DNA of 64,000 nucleotides, taken from NCBI GenBank assembly GCA_965202585.1, contig OZ241834.1, positions 12,462,001-12,526,000 on the forward strand, read 5' to 3'. Source of the stretch: Thalia democratica. Its lineage: Eukaryota. This document shows, in pieces, positions 40,507 to 55,100 of the stretch. A program made the translations under genes and the position numbers. Every line of letters starts with the position of its first letter. Position 1 is the first letter of the stretch. The notes beneath the pieces are model-generated. The model was not told the origin of the DNA. It worked only from the letters and a program-made list of their open reading frames with translations, and did no database searches.

Positions 40507-43500
40507 GTCATTAATTAAATCCTCTTTAATAAAAGTTTAGAAACAGTATACAACTAGCTCTTAAACTTACTTGACTAAAAATTGTAACAGTTAAGGTCAA
40601 TTTCTACCAAATTTCTTAATATTGTTAATAATAAAAAATTAAAACTTAAAGTGCAATTTTTACAAAAATATATTTGATTCAAAATCTTAGCTTTTGCTAT
40701 TTCAAATTATTTATATATCAAGTCCGTTTTGTTAAACAAAAAAGTTTCATAAAAGTTAAAAACATAAAAAATGCAAAAACTTAGATGCTGGATAAAAAAT
40801 AAATTCAATACTTATAAATATGTTTTGTTTTTTTTTTCGGTTTTTTCATATCCCTTTAACAATTTTCAAAATAAATTTGTGATATGTTCATTTAAAGCTA
40901 AGTTTGCAAGTATAAAAATAATTAAACTAAAATTTGTTATGCTTGATGTAAATCAATTGATATATTTAGAAATTTAAATTTCAATGCTTCTTCGACCATA
41001 AACTTGTTTTTGTAATTAATAAACTAAGGAAAACAATACAGTTATGTTTGAAAAATAAAAGTGGTAAAGTTTAAACGGGTTAGTGACTAAAGATTCTAAC
41101 AAGCACATGCACAGCCCGTTAGAAAACCTAAGCACCTTTTTTTCGAACTAAAATATTTTCTCTTATTTATAAAATTTGACTGAATATTTATAATTAAAAT
41201 TTTTACGAACCCTCTAAAGCAGATTTTCCAGAAATTTAGAAATACAGAGTTCTAAAAAATAATAAAATTTTGTTTGTTATAACTTAAAACGTCATGTTTA
41301 ATTAATTTTGGTATTTTCTCATAAAAATCTAACAATTATGCTAATAGTATAAAATGTAATTTAGTTAAAAAATGTTCAAAAATTTAGATTCAAAAAATAC
41401 TATGTAAAATTTTATTTTGGTACAATACTAAAACAAATTATTTGGTAGTCAAAAAAAAACATATTTATAATTACTATAATTTAAGTTCACTACATTGATT
41501 AGCTTAATTTAAGTTTAACTTGTGTTTAAATATACTCTGTTTTTTATAAACTATTACATTTTGTTTTAAATTTAAGCTTTTTTTTTCTTATTTAGGAGAA
41601 TTACGCTAAGTAAATGTAACTAATCTTATTATGTAGAAGGAAATATTTATCTTTAAAATTGAGCCTTTCGATTTATTTAAATGAAAAAAATATTGCACTT
41701 AAAATTCTGTTTGTTATTAAAAGTCATTTAATAATAAAATTTAAGCTAGTTTCTTATACAATTTTATTTCAAACTATTAAAGTAATTCTAAAAGTTTGAA
41801 ACAGTACATAAACCTTGTTTAATTGTTTACGAATATTACAACATATATAACCGGAACATTAAGAGTATTATTTAATTTTATAGTTTTGATTTTTATATCA
41901 ACTATATATAAAAAAACAGTGTATTACTTTCAAACTATTTTTTCTTTACTTACATATAATCTTAAAAGTTTTTTAAAGCAGTATAGTATTTAAGATGTTC
42001 TTTAAAATTATCGAGTATTCACTATGCACTTAGCAGGCAGCAGAGTTTTATCTTTAACAGTTTTCGTCAAATTTGAACTCTAACAAAGTAATGTATTCAC
42101 TTTGAAAAATGCTTAAATAATTTGTTTTTTATAAGATTTTAGTTTAAGAATTTTTGACAACTACAATAGAACAATTAAAACTTAATCACGTCATTTATAA
42201 ATCATAAAGAGTACTTATCTGAGCTCCTTTTAAAGTATATAAATCTCATTTAGTTTCTTTTTCATAAACAATTGTAATTATTTTTTTAATACAGAACTTT
42301 CGTAAATAAAGAATCTTTAAAAGTAGTGATGTTAAGACTAATAACTTTTTGATATTAGTTCTTCAAGACATAAAGCATGAATATCTAAGTGTAAGAAACC
42401 ATAAAATTTACAAACACTCAAATTATGGCAACTATGCTTCAATTATTTTATTAAATGTTTAACTTAAGATGTTGTAGAATAATGTTTAAAATTTTTATAA
42501 ATGTTGTAGAACTATTCAGCATGCCCTTTTATTGAAAATTAACTAGACATATTACTAGTTTAAGAGCTCTTTCTGAATATAGTTTAAAAAAACTATTTTT
42601 GTACTACTACATATCAAAGTCGCTACTGTATCTTAAGACTCTATCTATAATTCTGTGCTCAAATGTTTATTTTATATACATACAATTGTTATTAAGTTTA
42701 AGCATAAAATATAAAATCTTGACTCGTGCACTTATAAAGTGAAAATTAACCTGTGTTTTAACCTGAAAGAATATAAAAAAAACAGAAAAATAGAAATTAA
42801 GTTGCCCAAAGAATTGTTTTTAATTAATTTTAGCATTTACTTCTAAATTTTGACCCTAAGTTTCTGTTTAACAGCTTCTGTTTTTCAAGTATAACGTTTA
42901 AAAATTGCTTACACGCTTTTAGCCTGATATTTTATTTTGATACCTGAATTTTTAGCCTAAAATTTACATTTTGATACTTTATTATTTTTTAATTTTTATA
43001 CCTTACAATGAACTGATCATTTCATTTCAGTTACTTAACTATGAATTTACTGTTGTATCATTTCAAAATATTTTTTAACCTTTGCGTTGCTTGCTTCATC
43101 ATAAAATACTTAATACCACCAGGGTTGAAATCTTTAAATTTTATCTTATTAAAACTTATATGTTTAATAATTAAATTAACACTTAAATCTAGAACTACAA
43201 TAGCTTCATTAAATAAGAATATCTAAATGTAAAATAGTTAAAGTTTCAATTGATAATTTGAAATAACACTGCAGTAGTGTCTACAAATTTTTGATCGTTA
43301 TAATGACATAAACAGTTTTCAGTGAAACATAAGAATTTTTTTTTTTTATTCAAAGTTGTGCTTTGGACATTAAAGATTTGATTAAAATAGTTATGGTCAT
43401 AAAAAACATCGACGAAAGTAATCAGAAAAAAAAAGTCTAGACTTTTGTTTGACGTGAGGCAAGCTCAAGTTAACATAAAGATTTGAACAAGTGATGATCA

Positions 43501-45432
43501 AAACTTTATTTGAATTTAAATTGAACAAATTAGGCTAATACAAACTAGTTTGAATTTTTTATAAAGGTTTTAAGTCCTTTAGTTATGATTATAGTATCTT
43601 TAGATAGTAAAGCTTAAAAAACAGATTTTCACTTATAACAATTTTTTAAAACACTCTGAGAAATTCGTGCTGATTCAGATTAGTTTTGATATAAATAAAT
43701 TAGTTTAAGAACACCCAGGTTTTTTGTCTCAATGACCCTGTAAATAACATTATATTTCTTATTTACACTATCTTGACAAGGTTCATCTACACTAGTAAGT
43801 TTATAAATATCAATTTACAACACGAAAGCTTGAGAAATCATAAAAGCACAAAAAGTTTTTTTTGCATAGTTGCAGGCTCAATTTAATATTCTATGCAGTT
43901 AATATTAAGGTTTTACTGTGCAAGTTTTAAATAATTTCGATGTACAGTTTAAGAAATACTATCATAAGCCACATCAACTTATGATGCTAATTACTTCTCT
44001 GCGCAGTATCTTAAAAAAACAAAACAAAAAACGATTGCTTTTCTTATAAACTTGGTTTTTAAAATATTAATTAAGAACTCTTACTTTACTTGTGTTAAAT
44101 TTAAGAAGAAAAGTTGTTGAATAAAGTGTGCATATAAAAAATCGATTTCAATTATATTATTTTTTACTTTAGCTTCTTTATTGATTTTGTTTAATTAGTT
44201 TTAAAAATTTCTTGGTAAAAATGTCAAATTAATAAGAGCTTTTAATGCTAATGTGATATGTTAGTTTAATACCAACATGAAAAATTTATGTACGTACAAT
44301 TACTAAAAGTGTTTATTATAAATTAAAGCTAGTTTTAAAACATATTCAAACAAAAAAGTACTATGATATAATTTTGTATGATAAACATTTTATATTGTTT
44401 CTGAAACACCAGAGTGAATAAAGCAAATCTGGTAACCAGGGCTATGTATGTGGTGTATAGTTGGTAGGATTAGAACAAGGTATAAAAGACACCAGTTTAA
44501 TATTAAAACATAAGTATATCTATAAGTTTTGAAAGACTTAGATAGAAAAAATGAATTGTTTCATATATTTTATTTAAGTCGTAAACATCTATTTTATTTA
44601 TTTACAGCTAGTATACTTAGAGATCAGTCTGAGCTGATAAAGCTGAGTCAGCAAAAAGAAAAGGAGCTTTATATCATGTTTTTTTTTTATTTTAACTTTT
44701 TTAATTTTAATTTTTGATTAATTTTATATATAAAAAAAAGAAAAAAGAAAAGCTTTAAAAAAAATTGCTGATTTAGCTTTTTTTCTGCTTTACTTAGCTA
44801 AGGCTGGCCTTTAAGTATACTTTCCGTTGTTTACTAGTTATTATTTTAAGTAGTTTCTTCTGTATTTTCTTGTTAATAAATAAGAGTTTTTGATTCTATG
44901 TTTTAAATAATGATACTAATAAAAATTGAATACTTTTTCACTACCAGGTTTCAGTGGCAAAAAAAAAAACGACCCGGTCAAGTATAATAATACAGTAAAC
45001 TACCAGTCTATATTTTAAAGTACTTGGTGTTTCTTTAAAAATTAGCTATTGAAATAAGTTTTTAACTTTTAGTTTTATAACTAAGATTTGTACTTAATGT
45101 AATGCATGTTTTAAAATGTGTTTAGCTGTAAGAAATTAAAAAACCACTACAGTAATCTTTCAATAGATAAAAAAATATTTTTTAGGTTTCTACTTAACAT
45201 AAAACTTTGAAAAAAATATTAAAAAGCACAGAAAATTTTTATTTACTGGAACAAATTCTAGCCCAAATCGTGCCTGTTTGAATTATTTTCTGGCCGTTTT
45301 AATAATTTTGAACTTTTTATACAAAATTATGCCTTATTGGAACCCTCTAATTCTTATGCTAGCTTTCACCACATTTTTCCAAAATTGTTGTTGTTCTATT
45401 AGACATAATCTTTTTTCTTTATTATTTACGCA

Positions 45433-46576
45433 CGAGTGTTATCTTGGCTTGAATGGCTTTTTTTGTAATTTTATTCTTTAATCAAACTTTAAAACCAATT
45501 ATATTCAATTTCTTAAATGCTAACTTGAAACTTTTAATTTTAATTCTAAAGAACTTTGTTTAGTTTTTCACAATAATTTTCATCGAATTGGGGTTTTAGT
45601 TTTGTAGTGGGGCCCCTTTAAAATGTTGATGTTTGTTAGCTTTTTTTACTTTGCAACGTTTTTCTCTAAATATTTTTTTTTTTCAAAGTTTTTTATTATT
45701 AACATACTTATTAAATTGAATGACGTTAATAATTTTTTTTTCAAAAAATTTTTTTTATAACATATGCTTTAATAAATTTTTCAGAAAAATTCCAAATTTG
45801 TACGGTTTTGGTTCTTTTTTTACATGGTTTTACAAAAAAAGTAAATTATTTTTCAAATAATTTTTCAAATAATTTTTATTTTTAAGAGAGTTATATAATC
45901 AAGTTTATAACGTTATTAAATTTTTTCCCAACTTATAATTATTTTTCAAATATATGACCCATACAAGTTTTACCTAAACTGAGTAAACTCTTAATATTTG
46001 ATCAAGAAATCCCTCAAGTTACGTAATCAAAAAATTCAGGTAAAACTTGTATTGGTCATATACTTGAAAAAAATTAATAAGCTTGGAAAAAATATAATAA
46101 CGTTATAAAACTTAATTATATAAGTCTGTTAAAAATAAAACTTATTTAAAAAATAATTTACTTTTGCTATAAAACCATGTAAATAAAGAACCAAAACCGT
46201 GCATATTTGGAACTTTTCTAAAAAATTAATTTAAGCATATGTTATAAAAAAAATTTTTTTGAAAAAAAATTAATAACGTTATAAAACTCAATTCAATAAG
46301 TATGTTAATAATAAAAAACTTTGAAAAAAATAACTACATTTAGAAAAAAACGTTGCAAAGTAAAGAATGCTAACAAACATTAAATTTTTAAAGGGGCCCC
46401 ACTACATAACTAAAACCCCAATTCGATGAAAATTATTTTGAAAAGCTAAGTAAAAGAACGTTCTTTAGAAAAAAAAAAGTTCCAAGTTAGCATTAAAGAA
46501 ATTGAAAATAATTGGTTTTAAAGTTTGTTTAAAAATAAAATTACAAAAAAAGCCATTCAAGCCAAGATAACGCTCA
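45433..46576. mobile_element. Mutator/Foldback-like element, ~545-bp inverted arms, 11-bp TSD
   Basis: cgagtgttatcttggcttgaatggc ... gccattcaagccaagataacgctc(a); ttatttacgca at 45422-45432 and 46577-46587; ~55-bp spacer. Confidence 0.88.
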
Positions 46577-47395
46577 TTATTTACGCATTGTTAACAAAGA
46601 TTTGTTCATTTTTGACACTAACTATATAAGTTATAATAACATCAGGCTGGTTTTGATGAATTATGATAAAAAAAAACATAACTAATAAGATCTGTTAAGT
46701 GGTTTTAATTATTGCTTAATTGGAACTAATCAAATTAAGTACTTTAATCAGAAGAATTTAGGAGATTAAACTGTATTTAAGCCAAAGATGTTCAATAATA
46801 TCAGTTGTAGCTAAGAAAGCAAGCAGTAACATCTTCGGATGTAAAAACTGATTTAAAATAAATGAAGTTATACACAAATTAAGTATAGTTTTTAAAAAAT
46901 TTATTTTGATAAATTTAAGCATTAATGTTACGTGTATGTAAGTATATTAAAATAAGTTTATTTAACGGTACTATTAATTTTAATTGTTGAGTTTTATTTA
47001 CCTACTATTGGTATTTAATGTTGCAGTACAGTTTACTATTTATATTTACTATTTTGATATTTTTATAATTTCTATCTCTACCTGTTTCTAAATAAAAGAA
47101 CTAGTATCAGAAGTAAAGATAAAACTTATTGTTATTATTACTTACACGTTTTATATATATCAATTAAATTTTTCTTACCTTGATTGTTTTTAAAAAATAG
47201 ATAACTTTTGCAAATTACGTGGTGGATAAGTTAACTGTTTGTATTTATAAACAACTTTAAAGCTTTAGAAATAACAGTAGTTTTTTTATGACTTTTACTA
47301 CTTATTTTATGATATCATCTTAATCTTAGGCTAGCTTAATGTAACTCATGTAATTTTTGGCCACTGTAGCTGAATTTTTTGTTTCAAAGTAAACT

Positions 47396-47440
47396 AGGGT
47401 GCGCAATGTACAGCTGTCGGACTGGATCAATCCCGGCAAC
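47396..47440 (+). other. Possible degenerate tRNA-derived SINE head
   Basis: gtgcgcaatgt (A-box-like) and ggatcaatccc (B-box-like); no cloverleaf. Confidence 0.2.
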
Positions 47441-47559
47441 AGAAATCTCTAGACCTTGACATAATTTTAACATTAAAACATGTTGTCCAAATCAAATTGA
47501 GCATTTAATGAAGTGAGCAATCAATTTAATTGTTAATACAGGACAGTGCTAAGGTTACT

Positions 47560-47699
47560 AAATGTTTTTTTGATTTGAGTAATACCAATTGTTTTTAATT
47601 TTTTAGTACAATTATTGAAAGTTATGCGGCCCGCATTGACTTTTAAAAACAAAATTTACAGTTAACTGCTTTGTCAACTAGAAAAATAGCCCATCCCTA
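47560..47699. mobile_element. hAT-like MITE remnant
   Basis: gcggcccgc motif at about 47625 and right terminus gcccatcccta (reverse complement TAGGGATGGGC). Confidence 0.4.
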
Positions 47700-48020
47700 A
47701 CAAAACTTTAATTTTATCTCATAAAGAGTTTTAATTAAATTTTCTAAACTCACTTTTCTAAATAAGTGAAATATTGGTTGATCGTCTTTAAAAACCTTGT
47801 TTCCTCTAATATATAATTATTATTATAAGCTTTATATGCTGTAGTACGTATGACAGATTACTATAAAGCAATTTTGATTTTATGATTTTAACAACTATTC
47901 TTTAATAACTAACAATATAAGAACAGCAATTTGAATTTTTTTTTGAAATTTGTTCATGTTTTGTTTCTTGAAACTCTCGTTTGCAGACATAGACCATTTG
48001 ATAATAAACGTTTTTTGTTA

Positions 48021-48863
48021 CGAGCGTGAACTTAGCTTGAGAGCGTTTTTTAGGAATTTTATAAAAATGTCCAAACTTAATACCCAATTATGTCTTTATC
48101 TTAAAAGCTAATTAAAAATTTTTTTTTTATTCTAAAGAATGGTCCTTTACATTTAATTAAAAAAAAATCTATTGAACTGGGGTTTGACTTTTTAAATGGG
48201 GCCCCTTTAAAAATTTTGAGTTTTTTTCTAGTTTATTATTTATACAACGTTTTCTTAAAAATTTTTTTTTTTTTTCAAAATTTTTTTTTATACATACTTA
48301 TTAAAATGAGTTTAATGATGTTGTAATTTTTTTTTTCAATTTTTTTTTATACCACAATTCTAAATAAACTTTTCAGAAAAATTATAATTTTGCACAATTT
48401 TTGTTGTTCAGATATACAATCTTTTATGCAAAAATAAAATAGTTTTTTAGTAATTTTTATTTTTAACAGACTTGCATAGTTATGTTTTATGATGTTGTGA
48501 CATTTTTTCCCAGTTTATTATTGCTTTTAAAATACATGACCCATACAAGTTTTACCTAAATTCTTAGCAAGGCTATTTGAGGGATTTCTTGATAAAGTGC
48601 TAAGAGTTGAGGTACTACTTGTAGGGGTCATATATTTTAAAAGCAATATCAAACTGGGAAAAAAATATCACAACATCATTAAACATTACTATAAAAGTCT
48701 GTTATAAATAATAATTACTAAAAAAATTTTTTTTTTTTGCATCCGTTCTTTAGAATAAAAAAAAAAGTTTTAATTAGCTATTAAGATAAGGACATAATTG
48801 GGTCTTAAGTTTGGACATTTTTATAAAATTCCTAAAAAACGCTCTCAAGCTATGTTACGCTCG
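48021..48863. mobile_element. Second Mutator/Foldback-like copy, opposite orientation, right arm internally deleted
   Basis: cgagcgtgaacttagc ... gctatgttacgctcg; flanks gttttttgtta / tttttttgtta; spacer ttgagggatttctt is the reverse complement of aagaaatccctcaa in copy 1. Confidence 0.85.
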
Positions 48864-50041
48864 TTTTTTTGTTAGCCTCTTCGAAAAGACAAGTATAAAT
48901 AAGTGCTGATTTTGTAAAAGGAAAAGTGTGAAATGTTTAAAAGGAGTTGGAAAAATGTATTTTACTTTAGATAAAGCATTATGAACAAAACTAAAATTTT
49001 GGATTTAGAAAAGTTTAAAAACACATTGAACCTGTCTAAAATTAATTATATCCCAGAATTTTTCATTAACTTTTTTAGATATGAATATTATCCAGTGTTG
49101 AAAATGTTCATTTTAATGTTATTATAAGAAAATAAACTCACGAAATTATTCTTTCAAGAATTAATTTTACAAACTAAGTTTCGGTCAAAGACCTCGTCAG
49201 TGCTAAAATAAATCTAAAAAGGTATGTGACAGTCATGGAAAATAACATTTAAACAATTAAATTAAAATAAAAACAAGTTTTTACTCAAAATTTTTACTTA
49301 AAAAACTAAACAAATTAAATTTTAATATTAAGATTGAGTTTAAGGTAAGGTTTAAATTTTAGTTAAGTTTAAAATCAATATAACAACAATAATAATAATA
49401 AAAGCTGTATGTAGCTTTCTTTTTTCTTCTAGTTAATTTTCAACTTAAATATTAATTAAGTAAAAATGTAGTTAATAAAGTGAGCTAATAGTTGAGGTGC
49501 ATTTTAACGTAGCTTACTTTAATTCTGACGTAACTATTTTTAAAATTTAAACAATCTTGTGCTTGTTATAGCTATGAAAATTTGAAATCCTGCCCGAATG
49601 CTAAGAAGAATCAGATCGAATGCTAAGAAGAAAATAAACTAAAATAAACTAATATATTGAAAATTAGTTATTTTTTTTGAATATCAAATTCATTGTTTAA
49701 TTAAACTAAATGTTAGTTTTTGCTTATAAAATAGTATTAATACTGTAAAATACACTATACAAGTAATTTTTAAAACTATTAGTAATAAAGTAATACTAAA
49801 TTATAATCTGATACAATTACTTAAAAACAAATTTTGACCGAAAATTAAAAGCAAATTCTGAATTAAACCAAATATAATATTTATTTCTTTATTAATAAAA
49901 AACTGACCAGAATACAGTTTATATGAATATATAAACAACATGAAACCCACTATAGCTCTAAAATATTGTTTTTAGAAATTTCTACACGCTTTGAACCCTA
50001 CATAATTATACACAATGCTTTGTTCAAAAACTGAAATAGAC

Positions 50042-50886
50042 GAGTTTGCCGTGAAATTCCCGGCTTATAAATTATGTTTGTTAAATGTTTACAAAGCTTG
50101 AGAACAAAAATGGACGGAAGAAAAAGAGATACTGGACGCAGTGTTTGAGGAAACAAAAGAAGAAATTATTTAAATTGAAAAAAAAATTCTAGATGAAAAC
50201 TTGGTAAACAGCAAGACATTAAATAAAGCGGGAAGCGAGAAGTACAAGCTTGAAGCTTTGGAAAGCACCGATCCCGATTACGACCTGATTGATATAAAAG
50301 CCCTGAATTTGTTCGACGCTTTTCCAATGTTTGATAATGCCAACGTTGAATAACACAAAGTTAATCCGACGGACGCCAGCAGACACGAGTGCGACACTTC
50401 GGAGCGATCAAACCTGCTCCTGCAGTACGGTACGAAGGGATTGGGAGCAAAAAGAATTTTAAAGGAATGATCAGATCTTCGACGGGTGGATAGTTCGGTC
50501 CGAGTTTTAACTGACAGTTAACTGACAGTTTTCAAGCAGCTTACAACTACGCTTATTGCTTTGCAAATGTTCGGGAGTACCTGAAATAAAGCGCGTGCAT
50601 TTTAGTGAGTGAAGTGAAAGAAACGAAAGAGTTGGTAAAAAAACAAGAAGGAGAAACAGTAAATGGATGGAACTTATATAAAAACGATAGCTACCAAAAG
50701 TATTTTAGTCAAAAGTTTATAATGCAATTTTTTGACTGGAGAACGAAAACGAAAATAGTTATAAACGAAGATCTCTCACAAATGAAGTATGACATTGAAA
50801 ACACCCTAATCATTCAGGGTACATTTAACGTAGAACAAATTGATGCGAAAGTAATGACACAGTTAGACCTGCTTACTTCATTTTGA
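50042..50886 (+). pseudogene. Intronless decayed ORF (~280 codons), possibly a PARP/ADP-ribosyltransferase-fold domain
   Basis: One frame with 5 internal stops and an 11-bp duplication (aactgacagtt x2, about 50510-50531) that shifts into the listed ORF 50605-50886. Translation ..KYKLEALESTDPDYDLI..NLLLQYGTKGLGAKRILKE..VLTDSFQAAYNY..ACILVSEV.. follows PARP motif order (LLWHGS, YFAD..KSANY, LLxEV) by eye. The pseudogene call is firm; the family call is tentative. Confidence 0.5.
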
Positions 50887-51221
50887 TTCAAGAAGATACA
50901 AGTATGGACAATTAATTTTGGGAAGTTCCCATATGTGAAACTTATTACTAAATTCAACTTAAAGCTTACGCAACTTTGACAGTATTTAATAAGCTTTGAC
51001 TTAAAATTTATAATTTTTACAAGGGATTTCTGTCAATTTTTTTGTTATAATACAGTCTATGTTTTTTTTTTTTAAATTTCATTAGTTTTACACATTTCTA
51101 ATAAAACTAATTTTATATACGGGATAAGTTGTGTCTAATGTCATATTTCAAATATAAAACCACTGATAATTAGTATTATTATTTAACAAAAAAAACTATT
51201 TTATACTGTGTAATATTAAAC

Positions 51222-51320
51222 TAGGATGGAAAACGAATGGCCCGCGGGCCGGATCCGGAAGTGAAAATGACCAGCCTACCAATATTATAAAGTTTTAGAG
51301 GAATTCGGCCGTGAAAGATT
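51222..51320. mobile_element. hAT-like MITE left-end remnant
   Basis: taggatgg start and 12-bp palindrome ggcccgcgggcc at 51239-51250. Confidence 0.4.
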
Positions 51321-51431
51321 TTTCAGGTCAAAATAAAAATAATGAAGTTTTGAAATTTTGAAAGGTTTTAATTTTTTTATATTAAACAAAATACTAAAAA
51401 ATCATTACGAAATAAATTTAAATTGTAGTTT

Positions 51432-51540
51432 TCTTGGACAAGACGCTAAAGTATATCCGTTGTGTAAGACTCGATAGCCAAAAGGTCCTTCGTGCACCAG
51501 GTTCTAGGACCTATCGTCTTTTTTTGGTCGTTCAATAAAC
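51432..51540 (+). repeat. Dispersed SINE-like core, copy 3
   Basis: tcttggacaagacgctaaa...cgtgcaccaggttctaggac...tcgttcaataaac. Confidence 0.75.
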
Positions 51541-52181
51541 TGAAAACAAAGCTTGAAAACCAGTTTTAAAGAAGTCTAATATACTAATTCATAACAAACT
51601 TTATAAAAACAAAATTTACCCAGTTATATACAAAAAAAGCTTTTCCAGTGTTTTAGCAAAAAAAGATTTTGTTATTAAACAAGTTTGATTTTATTAACAA
51701 AGTTATATCAAAATAGCAGCGAAAAAATGCAGAAATGTTTTTTTGGTCAAAAAACAAACTAAGAAAATAAGTGGAACAGACACTAAAATTAAAACAAGGT
51801 ATTAAAAAAAAAACTGTTACATTATGTTGTTAAGTTTTAATCGCTATTAATCTTATATTTATACACTTATGAAACAAAGTATTAAAATTTTACAGTTTGG
51901 TCATAAAAGTAATTCAAAAAAAATTGTTCGGATAAAAACTTTAGTTAAAAACAATAGAGAACATAATTAACAACAACTTATTAAGTTATTTAAAAATAAA
52001 GTTTCAATTCATTGATTAAAAGTGTCTAAGAAATATTTGAAAATCTAATTTTATTTACAGTTAAATTTAATTACTTGTAATTAAATTAAGCTAGTAGAAA
52101 AGCAATTTTGGTTTAAATAAAAAAGTTATGAGTGATTACAGATTTTTTTAGATTTAATTTTTTTTTTAAGTTTGTTTAAAC

Positions 52182-55100
52182 CTGATGGGTAGCAATGGTG
52201 GTGTTTCCATTTCTTCATTGTTTTCATTTTTTGATCCGTTTTGACTTTCACCATTACTGTTTATTTAAAAACATTTAACAGCTTATATTAATATGATTTA
52301 ATCTAAATAAAAGTTTCATAGTGACTAGTTTATGTTCTAGAACATAAAATGATCTGACTTCAAAGATGAATTTTCAGTAGAAGCTTTTTAGGTGAAGATT
52401 AAAAGAAACTATAAAGTAAATAAAATTCTAAGTGTTTTACAGAGCTTGTGCAGCTAGTTTAACAACAGAACTTTTAATGATAGTGAAAAAGTGAAAAGTA
52501 TTAGAAACTAGATTCAATAAGTATTACTTATAGTTCTATTTAGTTAATTTTTGTATACGAAAACACTATTTATAATATTTCAAATTAACTCTTTAATATA
52601 TTGTCAATAAAAGTCAAATTTTTTTGCCAAAACTTAAAATTATTTTTATTCTCCGGTATTTAGGTTTTTATATTATATAATAAATGTAATAATTCTATAG
52701 TATATATGAGAAAAAAAAGAAACTGCTTTACACGTGGTTTAAACTTAATGCTTAATTCACGAAGTTATTTAGAAATTCTAGAGTTAATTATCTCTTACTA
52801 AATAATTTTACTGCAAAGTTAGTTGTTAACTTTTAAAATGTATATGAGAAGTAATTTTATGAAATTTATAAAAGTTATAAGAAGTCATCTTAAAACTTTA
52901 TTGTAAGCAACTACAAATTGGTTTTATTATTTTAGTCTACAAAATTGTCTAAAACGAAACCATACCATACACATGTGTTTATTTTAATTAAAATTATCTT
53001 TAAACTTTATGATAAATTCTGCATGTAGACTTGCTTTACCTTTGCCTAGTTTAGCCATAGCTACAAATTTTGATATAAGCAAAGCTTGTGTAGTCTTGCT
53101 TGGATCTATTTTGTTAGTAACTATGTACTTATAGTTGATAAAATAGATTATTCTTATACCTTAACTTTAGTCAGACCTTTAGTCTTTAAACACCGTTCTT
53201 ATATCTTAATCGTATTTAGGAATCGAGAAGTGTTTACCATAAATATAGTATTTTAAATATCAATTACTTTGAATTTTTTTTAGTTAATTTACGTATTTTT
53301 ATCATCGTAGTTATACGCATATAAATTAAGTTTAGACAAAGTTTTGTTAAACTATATCTTTAATCAATATACAAAAACAAAAAGGCTAACTTTTTGCAAA
53401 GCTGAAAAATATTAAATGATAAAGAAAGTATTTCAATAGTATAGTATTTTAGTAAGTAAAATAAGAAAAACAAAAATAAATAAGTTATATTACTAAAAAA
53501 CTACACTACTTTAAATAAATGATATTTATAAAAAAATGTATGTTGTTGTAAATTACTTACCTTAAGTTACTTATTTAAACGTTTAGTAATTGAGCTAATT
53601 GATATAGTTAATAGTGTTTGTACAATATTACAAAAACGAAGTTTACTATCTAGTCTTGGACAAGACGTTAAATTGTGTTCAAAAAGTGTACGAAAAGTTG
53701 TTAACCGAAAGGTTTTTTCGTGCACCAGGTCCTTTGACCAAATATTTTTAGCGGTTTTGTTTGTCGTTTAACAAAAATGTATCTAATTATTTTTAAAACC
53801 TTTAGAATAAGACTATTAAACCCACATGAAATAAAAAATAAAAACGCTATTAAAATTTCAAAGTTAGTTTTTATTAAAAATTATGCGTCAAATATTACCA
53901 AGAGGAGCTAAAATGTGAATTTAAAAATCAAAGTTACATATAGAAATATAAGTTTTGCTCAAGATCTTTAAGAATGTTAACAAATTAATGATCTTGCTTT
54001 TACTAACAACATTTTTCTACACTTAAGTATTACTACTTTAATAAATATTTTATTGTAAATAAAACTCAAAGTGAATTTTATAACTAAGAAAGCATATAAA
54101 ATGTTTTAAGTGATTTGCAAACATAGTATATGTAGGTTTTTCTTCTTTAGTTTTGCATTAAAGAACTTTTTACTTTAAAACTTACTGTTTTAAATCTGAA
54201 TAAAAACTTCATAATTTAGTCTATTAAAAACAGTAAAAAACTAAAGGATTATAGATTTTCTTAAAAAAAAATATAAAGTTGGATTAATAAATTTAGATTG
54301 AATAATTTTGATAATCAAATTAAGAACAAAAACTTATGAATAAATTTAAAAGGTTCACAGATTCCTCGTAAGCTTTTCCATCGGTGTACATAATTGTTTA
54401 GAACAAATTAAAAAAATTAGACGTTAAAAGTTTTGAGACTATAGTCAATGTGTATACAAAGTTGTTTAGTTTATTTTTTGTGAAAAAAATATCTTAATAA
54501 AATTCGGTTCTAAAAGCTCTATTCTGTAATAATTTAAAGTACGCAAAAAAAAAACTTGATTAAATATATGCTTTATTTTATAGTCTGTTTTGAAGCTCGT
54601 ATAAAAGCATTTGTTATAACAAATTAACGAAGTTAAATCTGGTTGAAAAATTGCACTTTTGTATGTTTTTTGACCCCAGTTTTACTCCTCTGGATACTAA
54701 CTTTTGACTATTAGTTTGAAAAAAAGTTTTATGTTATTTCTAAACAGATAGAAAGTTACGCAAAAATCTGAACAAACTCGCTAAAGAAAATTCACATAAC
54801 TTTTATGAAAATATTTTTTTCTTATTTCTTATTTTAAATAAAATATCGTCTCTTAATAAAGAAGTCCATTTAGTATGATAAAAAAGAAAAATGTGGTAAA
54901 ACAAAGTGGATTTTTTTTGTCGCAAATTTTTACTTTAAGTAAAGGTATAATTTTCTACATAAGTTTTACTCAAACAAAGTTTTACTTACTTTTTCTTCAA
55001 CTTTCTGACGAAATAAACTCCTACTAAGAATGATAAAACGACGATTATTAATGAACCTATAAAAAATAAAGTTTTTTGTAAACTTCTAAAAAACTCTGTA

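Noticed and set aside
53040-53105. 66-nt AG/GT-bounded phase 1-1 open segment ([22 protein letters not shown]) on minus
   Set aside because: Does not fit the phase-2 junction between the 54990 and 52256 exons unless further exons exist; left out of the gene model.
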